From contig JAZNEB010000013.1 in NCBI GenBank assembly GCA_045588365.1, positions 128,803 through 192,802 of the forward strand: a DNA stretch of 64,000 nt, read 5' to 3'. The first letter of the stretch is position 1; each line of letters begins with the position of its first letter. This document shows, one piece after another, positions 25,224 to 35,556 of the stretch. A model generated the notes under the pieces. The model was given only the letters and a program-made list of their open reading frames with translations, was not told the DNA's origin and ran no database searches. The DNA is from Clostridia bacterium (GTDB lineage Bacteria; Bacillota; Clostridia; CAKSNL01; HGM11501). The position numbers were made by a program, and so were the translations under genes.

Positions 25224-28200
25224 CTATGGTTGTACCCATGCATCTGTAACTTCAATAGCACCATCAATTATGTTATATGTAACCTCTACAGTTTTTCCGT
25301 TAAAATTTTTTACACAAGTATACACTTCTGTAGTTACATTGCTAGTGGTGTAAGTTTTTACAGATGTAATAGTACCGTTATCAATTGTATTAGATATAAA
25401 CTTTTTAATAGTATTCCAATTTACGTTATCAGTAACAGTTTTCCACAAATGGTCTTTGCCTTTGGAACCATTTATTATATGCGATATTCTTTTAGATGAC
25501 ACATTGGATACTGCTTTAATTCCTGGACTTCCAAGTTCTTGTGTTATTTCATCAAAATACTTCCTTATAGCCTTAGGAACCGCTTTAGAGCCACTGATTC
25601 CCGGAGCCAAAATATCTACAACATCAAAAGCGGCCGAAACATAATCCCCTTGCGATATATCATAAGCAAGCATTTGCATATCATACTGTAAGTCAGGCGA
25701 TGTTATAACTGCCTGAGCATAACTATATAATGCCAATAATACCCATTCGGAAATCTGACCACTTGAATCAACATATCTTACCGGATTATTCATACAATAA
25801 GCAAACAAATTGCTACTTTGCATTATTGCATCCATTTCGGGAATTTTTGTATCTCCGTCTTTATCCCCATAAATCATATTAGACGGAGTCCAATGAGTAT
25901 CTTCCGAAATAAACCTACCTACTGATGGGTCATAATAGCGTGCTCTTAAATAGGTAAATCCAGTTTCGCTATCCTGATACTCCCCACAGTATCTGAAGGG
26001 ATTATCATCGGTAGCAGATGAGGTTTTTTCGTTTCCGTAAGCATCATAGTCATAATCTCTTATAACCTCGTTGCCTACGGTTTTTCTTACAACATCTCCA
26101 TGACCGTCTTTATATAATATAGCCTCTGTATTTTCCGACGCTCGCTTGAAAACTCCGCCTGCACCGAAATAGTTGGTTACTTCAATGTCGTTTGAGCTGC
26201 CTTCGTTTATTACTTTTCCGTTTTCAAGATAAAGCTTTGTAACAACTCCGTCTACAGTTTTTGAAACACGTTCTCCGTTTCCGTTATATGTATAGCTTGC
26301 CTTTGTCACTTCGCCTATCTTATATTCGGTCATTCTTCCAAAGGCATCATAAATATAGCTTTCTGTTTTTGCTTCATAGTCACCGCCGGTTGTTTTAGCC
26401 GTAAGATTTCCGTTGTCATCGTAGGTGTAGCTTTTTGTTCCCGAAAAGTCAGAGCTTCCCTCCACGGCTTCCGTTTCGGTTAAAATCCTGTTTTTCGCAT
26501 CGTAAGTATAGGTGACTATATGGCTTGTAACATCTGACAGGGAAGTCTCACCTTGGGTAAATACATATCCTTCGGGGTGAAGTACCGTCTTTGAAGCTAT
26601 ATTTCCGTTTGTATCAAAGGTATAGCTTGTTACAGTTCCGTCAGGCTCGGTCACCTGTGAGAGACGGGATAAAGCATCGTAGGTATACGTGGTAACAAGG
26701 CTTTCACCGTTCTTTATCTCGGTCTTCTTTGTTTGATTTCCTCTTGAGTCATATTCATAGGAATACTGTCCTATATTGCCCGAAGCCCCCGAAAGAGTGG
26801 AGGTGAGAGAGGTTAATCTCATTGCATTATCGTAAGTATAAACCGTGCTTCCGTTTTCATATTGTGCCTTTTCCAAAAGAGTGCCGCCGTAAGAGAAGCT
26901 TGCTATATCAAGGTCGTCTTCAGTAACTATCCTTTCTCTTCCGAGAGAATCAAAGGCCGAAACTGTTGTTTCTCCACGGTAGTTTTCCTTTGTGACAATA
27001 TTGTTTTCGGGCTGATATGTATAGAACATAGCATTTTCGTCGGGATAGGTTACACTTTCAAGAAGATTATCAAAGGTATAGCTATATTCTGTTGTTCCCG
27101 TGCTGTCTGTAACGGAGAGAAGATTATCAAATGCATCATAGGTATACGAAACCGAAAGTGCTCCGCTGCTCTTTGATAAGGGCCTATTACGCACATCGTA
27201 GGCAGTGGTTATAATATTGCCGTTTCTGTCCTTAAAGCCCGTGACATTTCCGTTTGCATCATAACGGTAATATTCTGTTTTGTCAAGAGCGTCTGTTTCG
27301 CTCAGCACTCTGTTTAAAGTATCGTAGGTATACTCCGTCACGCTTCCACCGGGTGTTGTTACAGTGGAAATATTACCGCTTAAGTCGTATGTATAGCTTG
27401 TTACATTTAATTCTGCATCTGTTGTGCTGAGAAGCTGACCTAAGTCATTATAACTATAGCTTGTAACGTTGCCGTCTCCGTCGGTTTCGGTAAGAACATT
27501 ACCCATATAGTTATAGGTGTACGAAATGCTTTCCATGGCGGTATCATCAGAAAAACCGTTTTCTACTTTTATTGTTCTTCCCATTAAATCATAGGTAGTA
27601 ACGCTTCTTCCAACCTCGGTCTCCTGTGAATCTGTACCGTCAAATACAAGCTTTTTTGTTATAGATGTATCAGTTCTTAAAACATCATCACGTTCATTAT
27701 ATATTATTACACCGTCAGAGTCAAATGCATTTTGTGAGATTGTCTTTTTAAGATTTCCAAAGCCGTCATAAGAATATACTTCCAGATTATCTCCGATACT
27801 TTCCTTGGCTACCAAATTGCTTCCGTCATAGGTGTACTCTGATAAAATGCGTCCCACCCTTCCGTCAGCTTTATCGCTTTCTCTGGCAATACGTCCGAGA
27901 TTATCATAGTAGGCGATTGTAATATAATCCCCGTTGTTATAGCTTGTTGTTGTTTTATTATTACCTTCGCCTATCTGATAGGTTATATCAACGCTTTGTC
28001 CTCCGGGATATTCTGCTGAAGTAATCCATCCTTTTCGGTTGTATGTATAGCTTGTTGTGTTTCCGTTGGCATCGGTTTGGGTTTCAACAAGGCCCAGTCT
28101 GTTATAAGTATATTCTGTCGAAACATCTGCACTGTCTGCTAAAGCAAAGCTTTCATTGTTTGTTGAAACATCCTCTATAATTGTTTCGGCTAAAAGGCTG

Positions 28201-31200
28201 TGTGTGGAATCATATACATAAGAAATATTTTTTACTACAGCACTTTCAGAGCCTTTGGTAACAGTTACTTTTTCATTTGTAACATTTCCAAGATAGCTTA
28301 CAAGGGTGTCGCCTTCTCCTTCGCTGTCTTCATATAAATACTCTGTCAGTATCGTTCTGTCGTCATAAGTTTCTACTTTGGATATGGTTTTGTCTTTATC
28401 GGCAGACAGGGTATATGTAATTGTTACTTTTCCGCTTTCTCCGTCATAAAGGATTTCCTTTGTGGGGAGATAGTATGTTGTGTCGTAGGTATAACTTGTT
28501 ATATGCCCTTCCGGGTCGGTGTATTTTGTAACTCGTTTTGTTCCGGCACTATAAGTCCATTTCTCCACAAAATCGTCAATTACATTTTCACCTTTATAAT
28601 ATTTAACTGTTTTTTCGACAGGTATATGATAGGTGGTGTTATATTCGTTCACGACTACTTTTCTTTCGGTTTCATCGCTTGGGAAAATGTTTATCTTTTC
28701 GTAGCCACCACTGTTTGGCAATTCACTTTCCCCGGGATATTCCACACTGAAATAAAGGTTATAATTTTCCCATAAAGCGTCTCCGTCTTCATTTATAAAC
28801 ATACGGTGGGTAACAAATTCAAATGCGTTTTCTTCGGGATTAAACCTGAAAATTTCTCCTTTATGGCTTGCGAAATAAATTTTTCTGTCGGGCCCCAAGC
28901 CAAGCATATTTGCTTGTTTATAGAGAAGACCGCGTGAACTGCTCAACGTATATGCTGTTGTATCATAAATCCATAGCAACTTGTTATTGGTACAATATAT
29001 TTTCCCGTCAAGAACACATCCGTTTTTCAAAGGATAGTTTGCAAGAGCAGAATATGCCTTTCTGGTAAAGCTTCCTGTTTCGAAATTATAAATTATAATA
29101 GCATTAGCCACCCCAAAATATGCATTAGCTCCGTCATTACCGAGGTGATATGCTGCGGTCTCTGTCAGGCTGGAGTGCGAATAAGTGCCAAGTGTCCATG
29201 TGTTTTCTGTGGGGCTATACACATATATGTACAAATTTGATCCAGTTGAACTGCAGTTAGCGACATAAAAAGCTTCTCCGTTATAATAAACCTTACCCTT
29301 TGGGGCATGGTCTGTATCACGATATCCGCTGAGCTTTATCCAGGAATCTTCAGGGATATTATATTTATAAACGCTTGTTAAACAATAGGAGGTTGTCGAA
29401 TAATAGATAAATACATATAGGTCATCCCCTATGTTCTTAAAGCCATTTATTTTTAAGACTTTAGGGGTGCCGGGAATGTTTGTCTCATAAGATTTGAGGA
29501 ATTCTGTATTTCCGTCGCTGTCTATTCTGTATAATGTTATAAAAGGAGTATCTATATCTACTCGATAAAAATATCCGTCCTTTAATAAGGTCTGATCTAC
29601 ACTGCCGTACATAGGTATATATCTGTTTGAGGCCTTATCTAAATCGTATGAAATTTCTTCAATCAAATCGTGATAATGGTCAAATTTATAAATTGATACA
29701 GACCCCTCCTGACAGGAGGCATCGGTGTATTTTGTAACAGTGGTATAGTATTCGACAGAGGTGTCCTTTATATAGTCATAAGAACCGGAAGGATAGCTAT
29801 ATGGATATCCGGAATAGTCTCCTTCATAATCATAGACACTTACCATTCCTTCACTGTTTTCGCTTTTTACTACTTTATACACATCATATTGAGCAGTTTC
29901 CAAGGCTCTCTGATGCTTTTCGTAAGTATATTCGTTGTATCCTCCTGTAGGATAAATGATTTTATTTAAAAGCAGGCACTCGCCAAAAAGAGAATATGTA
30001 TCCAATGAAGAATTATATATTTTAGTTGTTTTTTCGTCATACTCGAAGGATGTTGTAATTGTTTGGCTATTATCTAAATATTCAATTATCTCTGTAACGT
30101 AGGTATAGTATCCAAAAGAATTTTCACCGGTGCTTAATTTGATTTCAGCACATTTTTTTACAGTTCCGTCTACTTCTGTGGATACTTTTATAGAATTTAT
30201 AAATATACCATCCCATTTTCTTGTTGTGCTATATTCAAAATTTATCTTTCGTCCAGCACTGTCTGTTATAGATTTGAGAATCTGCACATTTCTTATAAAT
30301 GAAGAAGGAATGTTAAAATATTCGGTGAAAGTTCCTCTGAAATATTCAAGTGTATCATATTCAAATACAATACTGTTTCCAAATCTGTCTGTTCTGGATA
30401 ATATAACTCCGCTCTCCGTATCAAACTTTTCTGAGGTTCCGTCTAAAAAATTCAATGTGTAAAAATTTTTATTTCCAACCAAAGACATTTCTTTCAGCAA
30501 ATTACCCTTTATTCCAACAGCCTTGTCGGTTGTTGAAAGATTTACGGAATTGAGTTCGTAAACCTCTCCTGACGACAAAATCAAAGAAGCAGCTCTATGC
30601 TTTTTCTTCAAAAGCAGTGTATCAAAACCAAAATTCCAGCCGTTTGCAAAGGAATAACCGTTTTTCAAGGCTTCGCCTCTGCCTTTTACAAATTCGGCTT
30701 CATTGGTAACGGCTGAATCAGAACTGTATTTAAGAGTTAAATTGAAATCAAGACCGTTTCTTCCGGGCAAGGATAGCAAAGGGTGCTCATAATTCAGCCC
30801 ACCCGTTGAAAGAGACACATTTTCATTACCATAATTTGTTATATTAAACGGAGCGTTTACCGGGTCTAACAAAATGTCATCATTTGCAGTTGATGTGGTG
30901 GCAGTAGTTGCCGTTGCAGTGATTTCAGCTTCAGAAGGTTTTATTGTCTTTATATCTTCTTCCTCTAAGGTTTCGCCCTCTATGAGATTTAAGTCTGAAG
31001 CATTACTTATGTTTTCGGATATTGATATATCAGAAGAAACATCAAGAACGAGCGAATCCGTAGAGTAGTTATTGTTGATATATTCAAGCCATTCGGAATC
31101 GGATTTTTCGCTTTTGCTTGTTTCTTGGTCTTTTTCCAATACATCTAATAAATCTTCAACCGTAATTCCGTTTTTCGTATCAACATCTTTTGCAAATACA

Positions 31201-31259
31201 GAAATGCCTGATGTAAATAGAATTGTGATGCATAAAAATAAACTGATTACCTTTTTCAT
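25224..31259 (-). CDS. RHS/YD-repeat cocoon protein (TcB/TcC-like) with Sec signal peptide, beta-propeller insert and polymorphic C-terminal toxin
   Basis: GAGGAG RBS and signal peptide MKKVISLFLCITILFTSGISVFA. SpvB/TcB-type motif LSLPGRNGLDFNLTLKYSS ... FANGWNFGF. Dozens of YD repeats (YTYDxxGNxxS). RHS core YCGEYQDSETGFTYLRARYYDPSVGRFISEDT, then NPVRYVDSSGQ, then a 176-aa variable tail. Confidence 0.9.
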   Translation of the reverse strand: MKKVISLFLCITILFTSGISVFAKDVDTKNGITVEDLLDVLEKDQETSKSEKSDSEWLEYINNNYSTDSLVLDVSSDISISENISNASDLNLIEGETLEEEDIKTIKPSEAEITATATTATTSTANDDILLDPVNAPFNITNYGNENVSLSTGGLNYEHPLLSLPGRNGLDFNLTLKYSSDSAVTNEAEFVKGRGEALKNGYSFANGWNFGFDTLLLKKKHRAASLILSSGEVYELNSVNLSTTDKAVGIKGNLLKEMSLVGNKNFYTLNFLDGTSEKFDTESGVILSRTDRFGNSIVFEYDTLEYFRGTFTEYFNIPSSFIRNVQILKSITDSAGRKINFEYSTTRKWDGIFINSIKVSTEVDGTVKKCAEIKLSTGENSFGYYTYVTEIIEYLDNSQTITTSFEYDEKTTKIYNSSLDTYSLFGECLLLNKIIYPTGGYNEYTYEKHQRALETAQYDVYKVVKSENSEGMVSVYDYEGDYSGYPYSYPSGSYDYIKDTSVEYYTTVTKYTDASCQEGSVSIYKFDHYHDLIEEISYDLDKASNRYIPMYGSVDQTLLKDGYFYRVDIDTPFITLYRIDSDGNTEFLKSYETNIPGTPKVLKINGFKNIGDDLYVFIYYSTTSYCLTSVYKYNIPEDSWIKLSGYRDTDHAPKGKVYYNGEAFYVANCSSTGSNLYIYVYSPTENTWTLGTYSHSSLTETAAYHLGNDGANAYFGVANAIIIYNFETGSFTRKAYSALANYPLKNGCVLDGKIYCTNNKLLWIYDTTAYTLSSSRGLLYKQANMLGLGPDRKIYFASHKGEIFRFNPEENAFEFVTHRMFINEDGDALWENYNLYFSVEYPGESELPNSGGYEKINIFPSDETERKVVVNEYNTTYHIPVEKTVKYYKGENVIDDFVEKWTYSAGTKRVTKYTDPEGHITSYTYDTTYYLPTKEILYDGESGKVTITYTLSADKDKTISKVETYDDRTILTEYLYEDSEGEGDTLVSYLGNVTNEKVTVTKGSESAVVKNISYVYDSTHSLLAETIIEDVSTNNESFALADSADVSTEYTYNRLGLVETQTDANGNTTSYTYNRKGWITSAEYPGGQSVDITYQIGEGNNKTTTSYNNGDYITIAYYDNLGRIARESDKADGRVGRILSEYTYDGSNLVAKESIGDNLEVYSYDGFGNLKKTISQNAFDSDGVIIYNERDDVLRTDTSITKKLVFDGTDSQETEVGRSVTTYDLMGRTIKVENGFSDDTAMESISYTYNYMGNVLTETDGDGNVTSYSYNDLGQLLSTTDAELNVTSYTYDLSGNISTVTTPGGSVTEYTYDTLNRVLSETDALDKTEYYRYDANGNVTGFKDRNGNIITTAYDVRNRPLSKSSGALSVSYTYDAFDNLLSVTDSTGTTEYSYTFDNLLESVTYPDENAMFYTYQPENNIVTKENYRGETTVSAFDSLGRERIVTEDDLDIASFSYGGTLLEKAQYENGSTVYTYDNAMRLTSLTSTLSGASGNIGQYSYEYDSRGNQTKKTEIKNGESLVTTYTYDALSRLSQVTEPDGTVTSYTFDTNGNIASKTVLHPEGYVFTQGETSLSDVTSHIVTYTYDAKNRILTETEAVEGSSDFSGTKSYTYDDNGNLTAKTTGGDYEAKTESYIYDAFGRMTEYKIGEVTKASYTYNGNGERVSKTVDGVVTKLYLENGKVINEGSSNDIEVTNYFGAGGVFKRASENTEAILYKDGHGDVVRKTVGNEVIRDYDYDAYGNEKTSSATDDNPFRYCGEYQDSETGFTYLRARYYDPSVGRFISEDTHWTPSNMIYGDKDGDTKIPEMDAIMQSSNLFAYCMNNPVRYVDSSGQISEWVLLALYSYAQAVITSPDLQYDMQMLAYDISQGDYVSAAFDVVDILAPGISGSKAVPKAIRKYFDEITQELGSPGIKAVSNVSSKRISHIINGSKGKDHLWKTVTDNVNWNTIKKFISNTIDNGTITSVKTYTTSNVTTEVYTCVKNFNGKTVEVTYNIIDGAIEVTDAWVQP

Positions 31260-31516
31260 AAAATAGTCTCCTCACATTTCTTTTGTATGATTTTTTGTGT
31301 TACTTTGAGAAAGTAGTTATTTTGGATTTCTATTTTGGCATATATTGCTTTTTCATCACCCCTTTAAATACAGTATACATCAAAAAATATAAACAATCAA
31401 TATGTAATAATGAAAGGGTGAACTTTAGCTCATCTTTTTTCTATATTTTTGTATTAAATATAAAGGATTTTTGCACTTTACGTCGAATTTAACTATTTGA
31501 ATGTTATTTTGCATAA

Positions 31517-32239
<723 letters not shown>

Positions 32240-32255
32240 TAAGGAGGATAACAAA

Positions 32256-32807
32256 ATGGATACAATGATGGAACTTAAAAACAAAATTGAAAAGAGCATA
32301 AACTATTTCCAGGAGGACTTAAACACAATAAGAGTGGGAAAGGCTTCTCCCAGCGTACTTGATAGAATAATGGTAAGCTATTACGGAACAGATACTCCCA
32401 TAAATCAGATGGCAACCGTTTCCGCAACAGATGCACACACTCTTATAATTCAGCCCTGGGATGCTTCAACCTTAAAGGAAATTGAAAAGGCAATCCAGAA
32501 GTCTGAGCTGGGTATAAATCCTGCAAACGACGGCAAGGTAATCCGTCTTGTTTTCCCCTCTCTTACAGAGGAATCAAGAAAAGAGCTTGTAAAGACATTA
32601 AATAAGAAAACAGAAGATGCAAAGGTTATGGTGAGAAACATCCGTCGTGATATTCTTGAAGTTTTCAAAAAGCAGAAAAAGGAAGGCATCCTGACAGAGG
32701 ACGATATGAAGAATGTTGAAAAGGACGTTCAGAAGATAATTGATGACAGCATTAAGGAAATTGACTCAATAGCACAGAATAAAGAAAAATCCATAATGGC
32801 GATATAA
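32256..32807 (+). CDS. frr: Ribosome recycling factor
   Basis: Conserved RRF sequence (IRVGKASPSVLD ... NIRRD) and pyrH-frr synteny. Confidence 0.9.
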   Translation: MDTMMELKNKIEKSINYFQEDLNTIRVGKASPSVLDRIMVSYYGTDTPINQMATVSATDAHTLIIQPWDASTLKEIEKAIQKSELGINPANDGKVIRLVFPSLTEESRKELVKTLNKKTEDAKVMVRNIRRDILEVFKKQKKEGILTEDDMKNVEKDVQKIIDDSIKEIDSIAQNKEKSIMAI

Positions 32808-32808
32808 G

Positions 32809-33549
32809 ATGTTCGGCAGAAGAAAGAAATTAGAGTCTCTGATAGATAAGGAAAGGCTTCCACGCCACATAGGAATAATCATGGACGGCAACGGCAGATG
32901 GGCTAAAAAAAGGGGATTACCCCGTTCTTTGGGCCACAGTGCAGGGGCTAAAACCTTTGATAAAATCATTGACTTTGCAGGAAATTTCGGAATTAAAATA
33001 GTTACCGTATATGCCTTTTCCACAGAAAACTGGTCAAGACCAAAGGAAGAGGTTGACGCCTTGATGGAGCTTTTGTGCGACTATCTTGAAAACGGTCTCA
33101 AAAAGCTTGAGGGCAAGGATACAAAGGTTAAGATAATAGGAGACATAGAAAGCCTTCCTGAAAAAATAAAAAAAGGCATTTTCCATATAGAGGAAAGTAC
33201 CAAAGACGGTAAGAGTATGCTTGTGCAGATAGCCGTAAATTACGGAGGAAGACTTGAAATTGTAAGTGCGGCAAAAAAAGCTTCTGAGATGGTAAAGGCA
33301 GGCGAGATAGAGCCTGATGATATTACTGAAGAACTTATGTCTTCTCTTATGTATAATCCTGAAGTTCCCGATCCTGACCTTATAATAAGACCCAGCGGGG
33401 AATTAAGGCTCAGCAATTTCCTTCTTTGGGGAAGCGCCTATTCCGAGCTTTGGTTTTCGGACATTTTATGGCCTGATTTTACGGGAGAGGATTTGCTTAA
33501 AGCAATTTATGATTATCAACAGCGACAGCGTCGCTTCGGTGGGGTATAA
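32809..33549 (+). CDS. uppS: Isoprenyl transferase (undecaprenyl diphosphate synthase)
   Basis: HIGIIMDGNGRWA ... FSTENW ... RPSGELRLSNFLLW motifs. Confidence 0.9.
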   Translation: MFGRRKKLESLIDKERLPRHIGIIMDGNGRWAKKRGLPRSLGHSAGAKTFDKIIDFAGNFGIKIVTVYAFSTENWSRPKEEVDALMELLCDYLENGLKKLEGKDTKVKIIGDIESLPEKIKKGIFHIEESTKDGKSMLVQIAVNYGGRLEIVSAAKKASEMVKAGEIEPDDITEELMSSLMYNPEVPDPDLIIRPSGELRLSNFLLWGSAYSELWFSDILWPDFTGEDLLKAIYDYQQRQRRFGGV

Positions 33550-33552
33550 GTT

Positions 33553-34383
33553 ATGAAAAAAAGAATTATAGCCGCTTTTTTCATGATTATAGCGGTGGTA
33601 TTCATATTGTGTTCGAATGAAGCGGTGATACTGAGTGCCGTAGGGTTGATTGCCCTTTTATCAGCCTATGAGGTGAGCGGAGCTTTCGGGTTGTGCAATA
33701 AGGAAAAATGGCCCGTATGCCTTTATATTATACTTTTCATTCCCGCTATCTGCCTTTCTGGTATGTACCTTATAAAAGATTCGGGAAAGGATATGATTTC
33801 CCTCATCGCTTGCATATACATACTTCTGGGCTTTCTGATTTTGCTTTTGTATAACAGAAAAGTAAAGGCATCAGAACTGTTTTCAGCGCTTATAATAAGC
33901 TCTGTTCTCATTTATTTTTTGAGCTATACGGTGAGAATAAGATTTATGATAGAGGGCGGAAAATACCTTCTCTGGGCAGTTTTGGTGGGAGCGTGCCTCA
34001 CTGATACTTTTGCATATTTTACGGGCAGATTTTTCGGCAAAAGACATCTTGCTCCGAAAATCAGTCCCAACAAAACGGTTGAAGGTGCCATCGGTGGTCT
34101 TTTTGGCGGAATAATTTCCATGCTGATTTACGGACTTATTATAGGGCTTATAAATCCCAAGCTTGAAATAAATTTCTTAAATCTCGGTATTTTGGGATTT
34201 TTATCAGCCATTTTCGCACAGATGGGAGATTTATCCCTGTCTTTGATAAAGAGAGAAACTGACATAAAGGATTTTGGCAGCTTTATTCCGGGTCATGGGG
34301 GCATTTTAGACAGAATTGACAGTATAATATTTGTAGCTCCCGTTACTTATTATTTTCTTCTGTATATGCCCGTTATAATATGA
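33553..34383 (+). CDS. cdsA: Phosphatidate cytidylyltransferase
   Basis: Polytopic membrane protein with the C-terminal signature SLIKRETDIKDFGSFIPGHGGILDRIDS. Confidence 0.9.
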   Translation: MKKRIIAAFFMIIAVVFILCSNEAVILSAVGLIALLSAYEVSGAFGLCNKEKWPVCLYIILFIPAICLSGMYLIKDSGKDMISLIACIYILLGFLILLLYNRKVKASELFSALIISSVLIYFLSYTVRIRFMIEGGKYLLWAVLVGACLTDTFAYFTGRFFGKRHLAPKISPNKTVEGAIGGLFGGIISMLIYGLIIGLINPKLEINFLNLGILGFLSAIFAQMGDLSLSLIKRETDIKDFGSFIPGHGGILDRIDSIIFVAPVTYYFLLYMPVII

Positions 34384-34399
34384 CAGGAAAGAGGTAGCT

Positions 34400-35539
34400 A
34401 TGAAACGACTCTCTGTTTTAGGATCCACAGGTTCCATAGGAACACAGACACTTGATATAGTAAGAAGAGACAGCGAAAATTTTTCGGTGGCTTCCCTTAC
34501 TGCAGGCAAAAATGTGGATTTAATGGAAAAACAAGCCAGGGAATTTATGCCCGAGGTAGTTTCCATGGCATCGGAGGAGTCGGCAAAGGAACTTAAATTA
34601 AGACTGGCGGATACACCTATTAAGGTGCTTTCAGGAAATGAAGGACTCACTGTGGCTTCAACCATTCCCTCTGCCAATATGGCGGTGGGAGCGATTGTGG
34701 GCATTGCGGGTCTTTTGCCCGTTTTATGCGCTATAGGTGCAGGAAAGGACATAGCACTTGCCAACAAGGAAACCCTGGTTACCGCAGGTGATATCGTAAT
34801 GGCTGCGGCAAAGGATAACGGGGTAAACATTCTTCCCGTGGACTCGGAGCACAGTGCCATTTTCCAGTGCCTTAAAGGACACGGGGAAATGAAGAAGATA
34901 TATCTCACCGCATCGGGAGGCCCCTTTTTCGGAAAGAATAAGGATTATCTTGCCTCCGTTACGGCAAAGGAAGCCTTAAAGCATCCTACCTGGTCTATGG
35001 GAGCTAAGGTTACCATAGACAGTGCAACATTGGCTAACAAGGGACTTGAGGTTATTGAAGCAACCCATCTTTTTTCCGTAAGTGCGGATAAAATAGAGGT
35101 GGTTGTTCACAGACAGAGTATAGTTCACTCTATGGTGGAATTTACGGACGGTGCCGTTCTGGCACAGTTAGGTTCAACGGACATGAGAACTCCCATAAGC
35201 GTTGCGCTTAACTATCCTGAAAGGAGCAAAATTTCAGGAAGTGAGCTTGATATCTTTTCAATGGGAAGTTTAACCTTTGAAAAACCCGATACGGAAACAT
35301 TTAAATCCTTGGCTTTAGCATATAAAGCCTCACGATTGGGCGGTACAATGCCTGCCGTTATGAACGGAGCCAACGAAGAGGCGGTTAATTTATTCTTATC
35401 GGGGAAAATTAAATTTTTGGACATAGCAGATACGGTAGAGGGAGCAATGGAAAATCACAAAATAAAGAAAAACCCCACGCTTTCCGAAATTTTTGATGCA
35501 GACGGAGAAGCAAGGGAGTTTGTAAAATCAAAATTCTGA
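34400..35539 (+). CDS. dxr: 1-deoxy-D-xylulose 5-phosphate reductoisomerase
   Basis: LGSTGSIGTQTLD ... LANKE ... PVDSEHSAIFQC ... motifs. Confidence 0.9.
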   Translation: MKRLSVLGSTGSIGTQTLDIVRRDSENFSVASLTAGKNVDLMEKQAREFMPEVVSMASEESAKELKLRLADTPIKVLSGNEGLTVASTIPSANMAVGAIVGIAGLLPVLCAIGAGKDIALANKETLVTAGDIVMAAAKDNGVNILPVDSEHSAIFQCLKGHGEMKKIYLTASGGPFFGKNKDYLASVTAKEALKHPTWSMGAKVTIDSATLANKGLEVIEATHLFSVSADKIEVVVHRQSIVHSMVEFTDGAVLAQLGSTDMRTPISVALNYPERSKISGSELDIFSMGSLTFEKPDTETFKSLALAYKASRLGGTMPAVMNGANEEAVNLFLSGKIKFLDIADTVEGAMENHKIKKNPTLSEIFDADGEAREFVKSKF

Positions 35540-35556
35540 TTTGAAAGGACTTTTCC

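Noticed and set aside
25230-31266. About ten plus-strand ORFs of 62-110 aa inside the RHS gene, and similar antisense ORFs inside GRE, hdrA, lon, the ATPase and metG.
   Set aside because: They are shadow ORFs on the strand opposite long, motif-rich genes. They have no RBS and no recognisable motifs.
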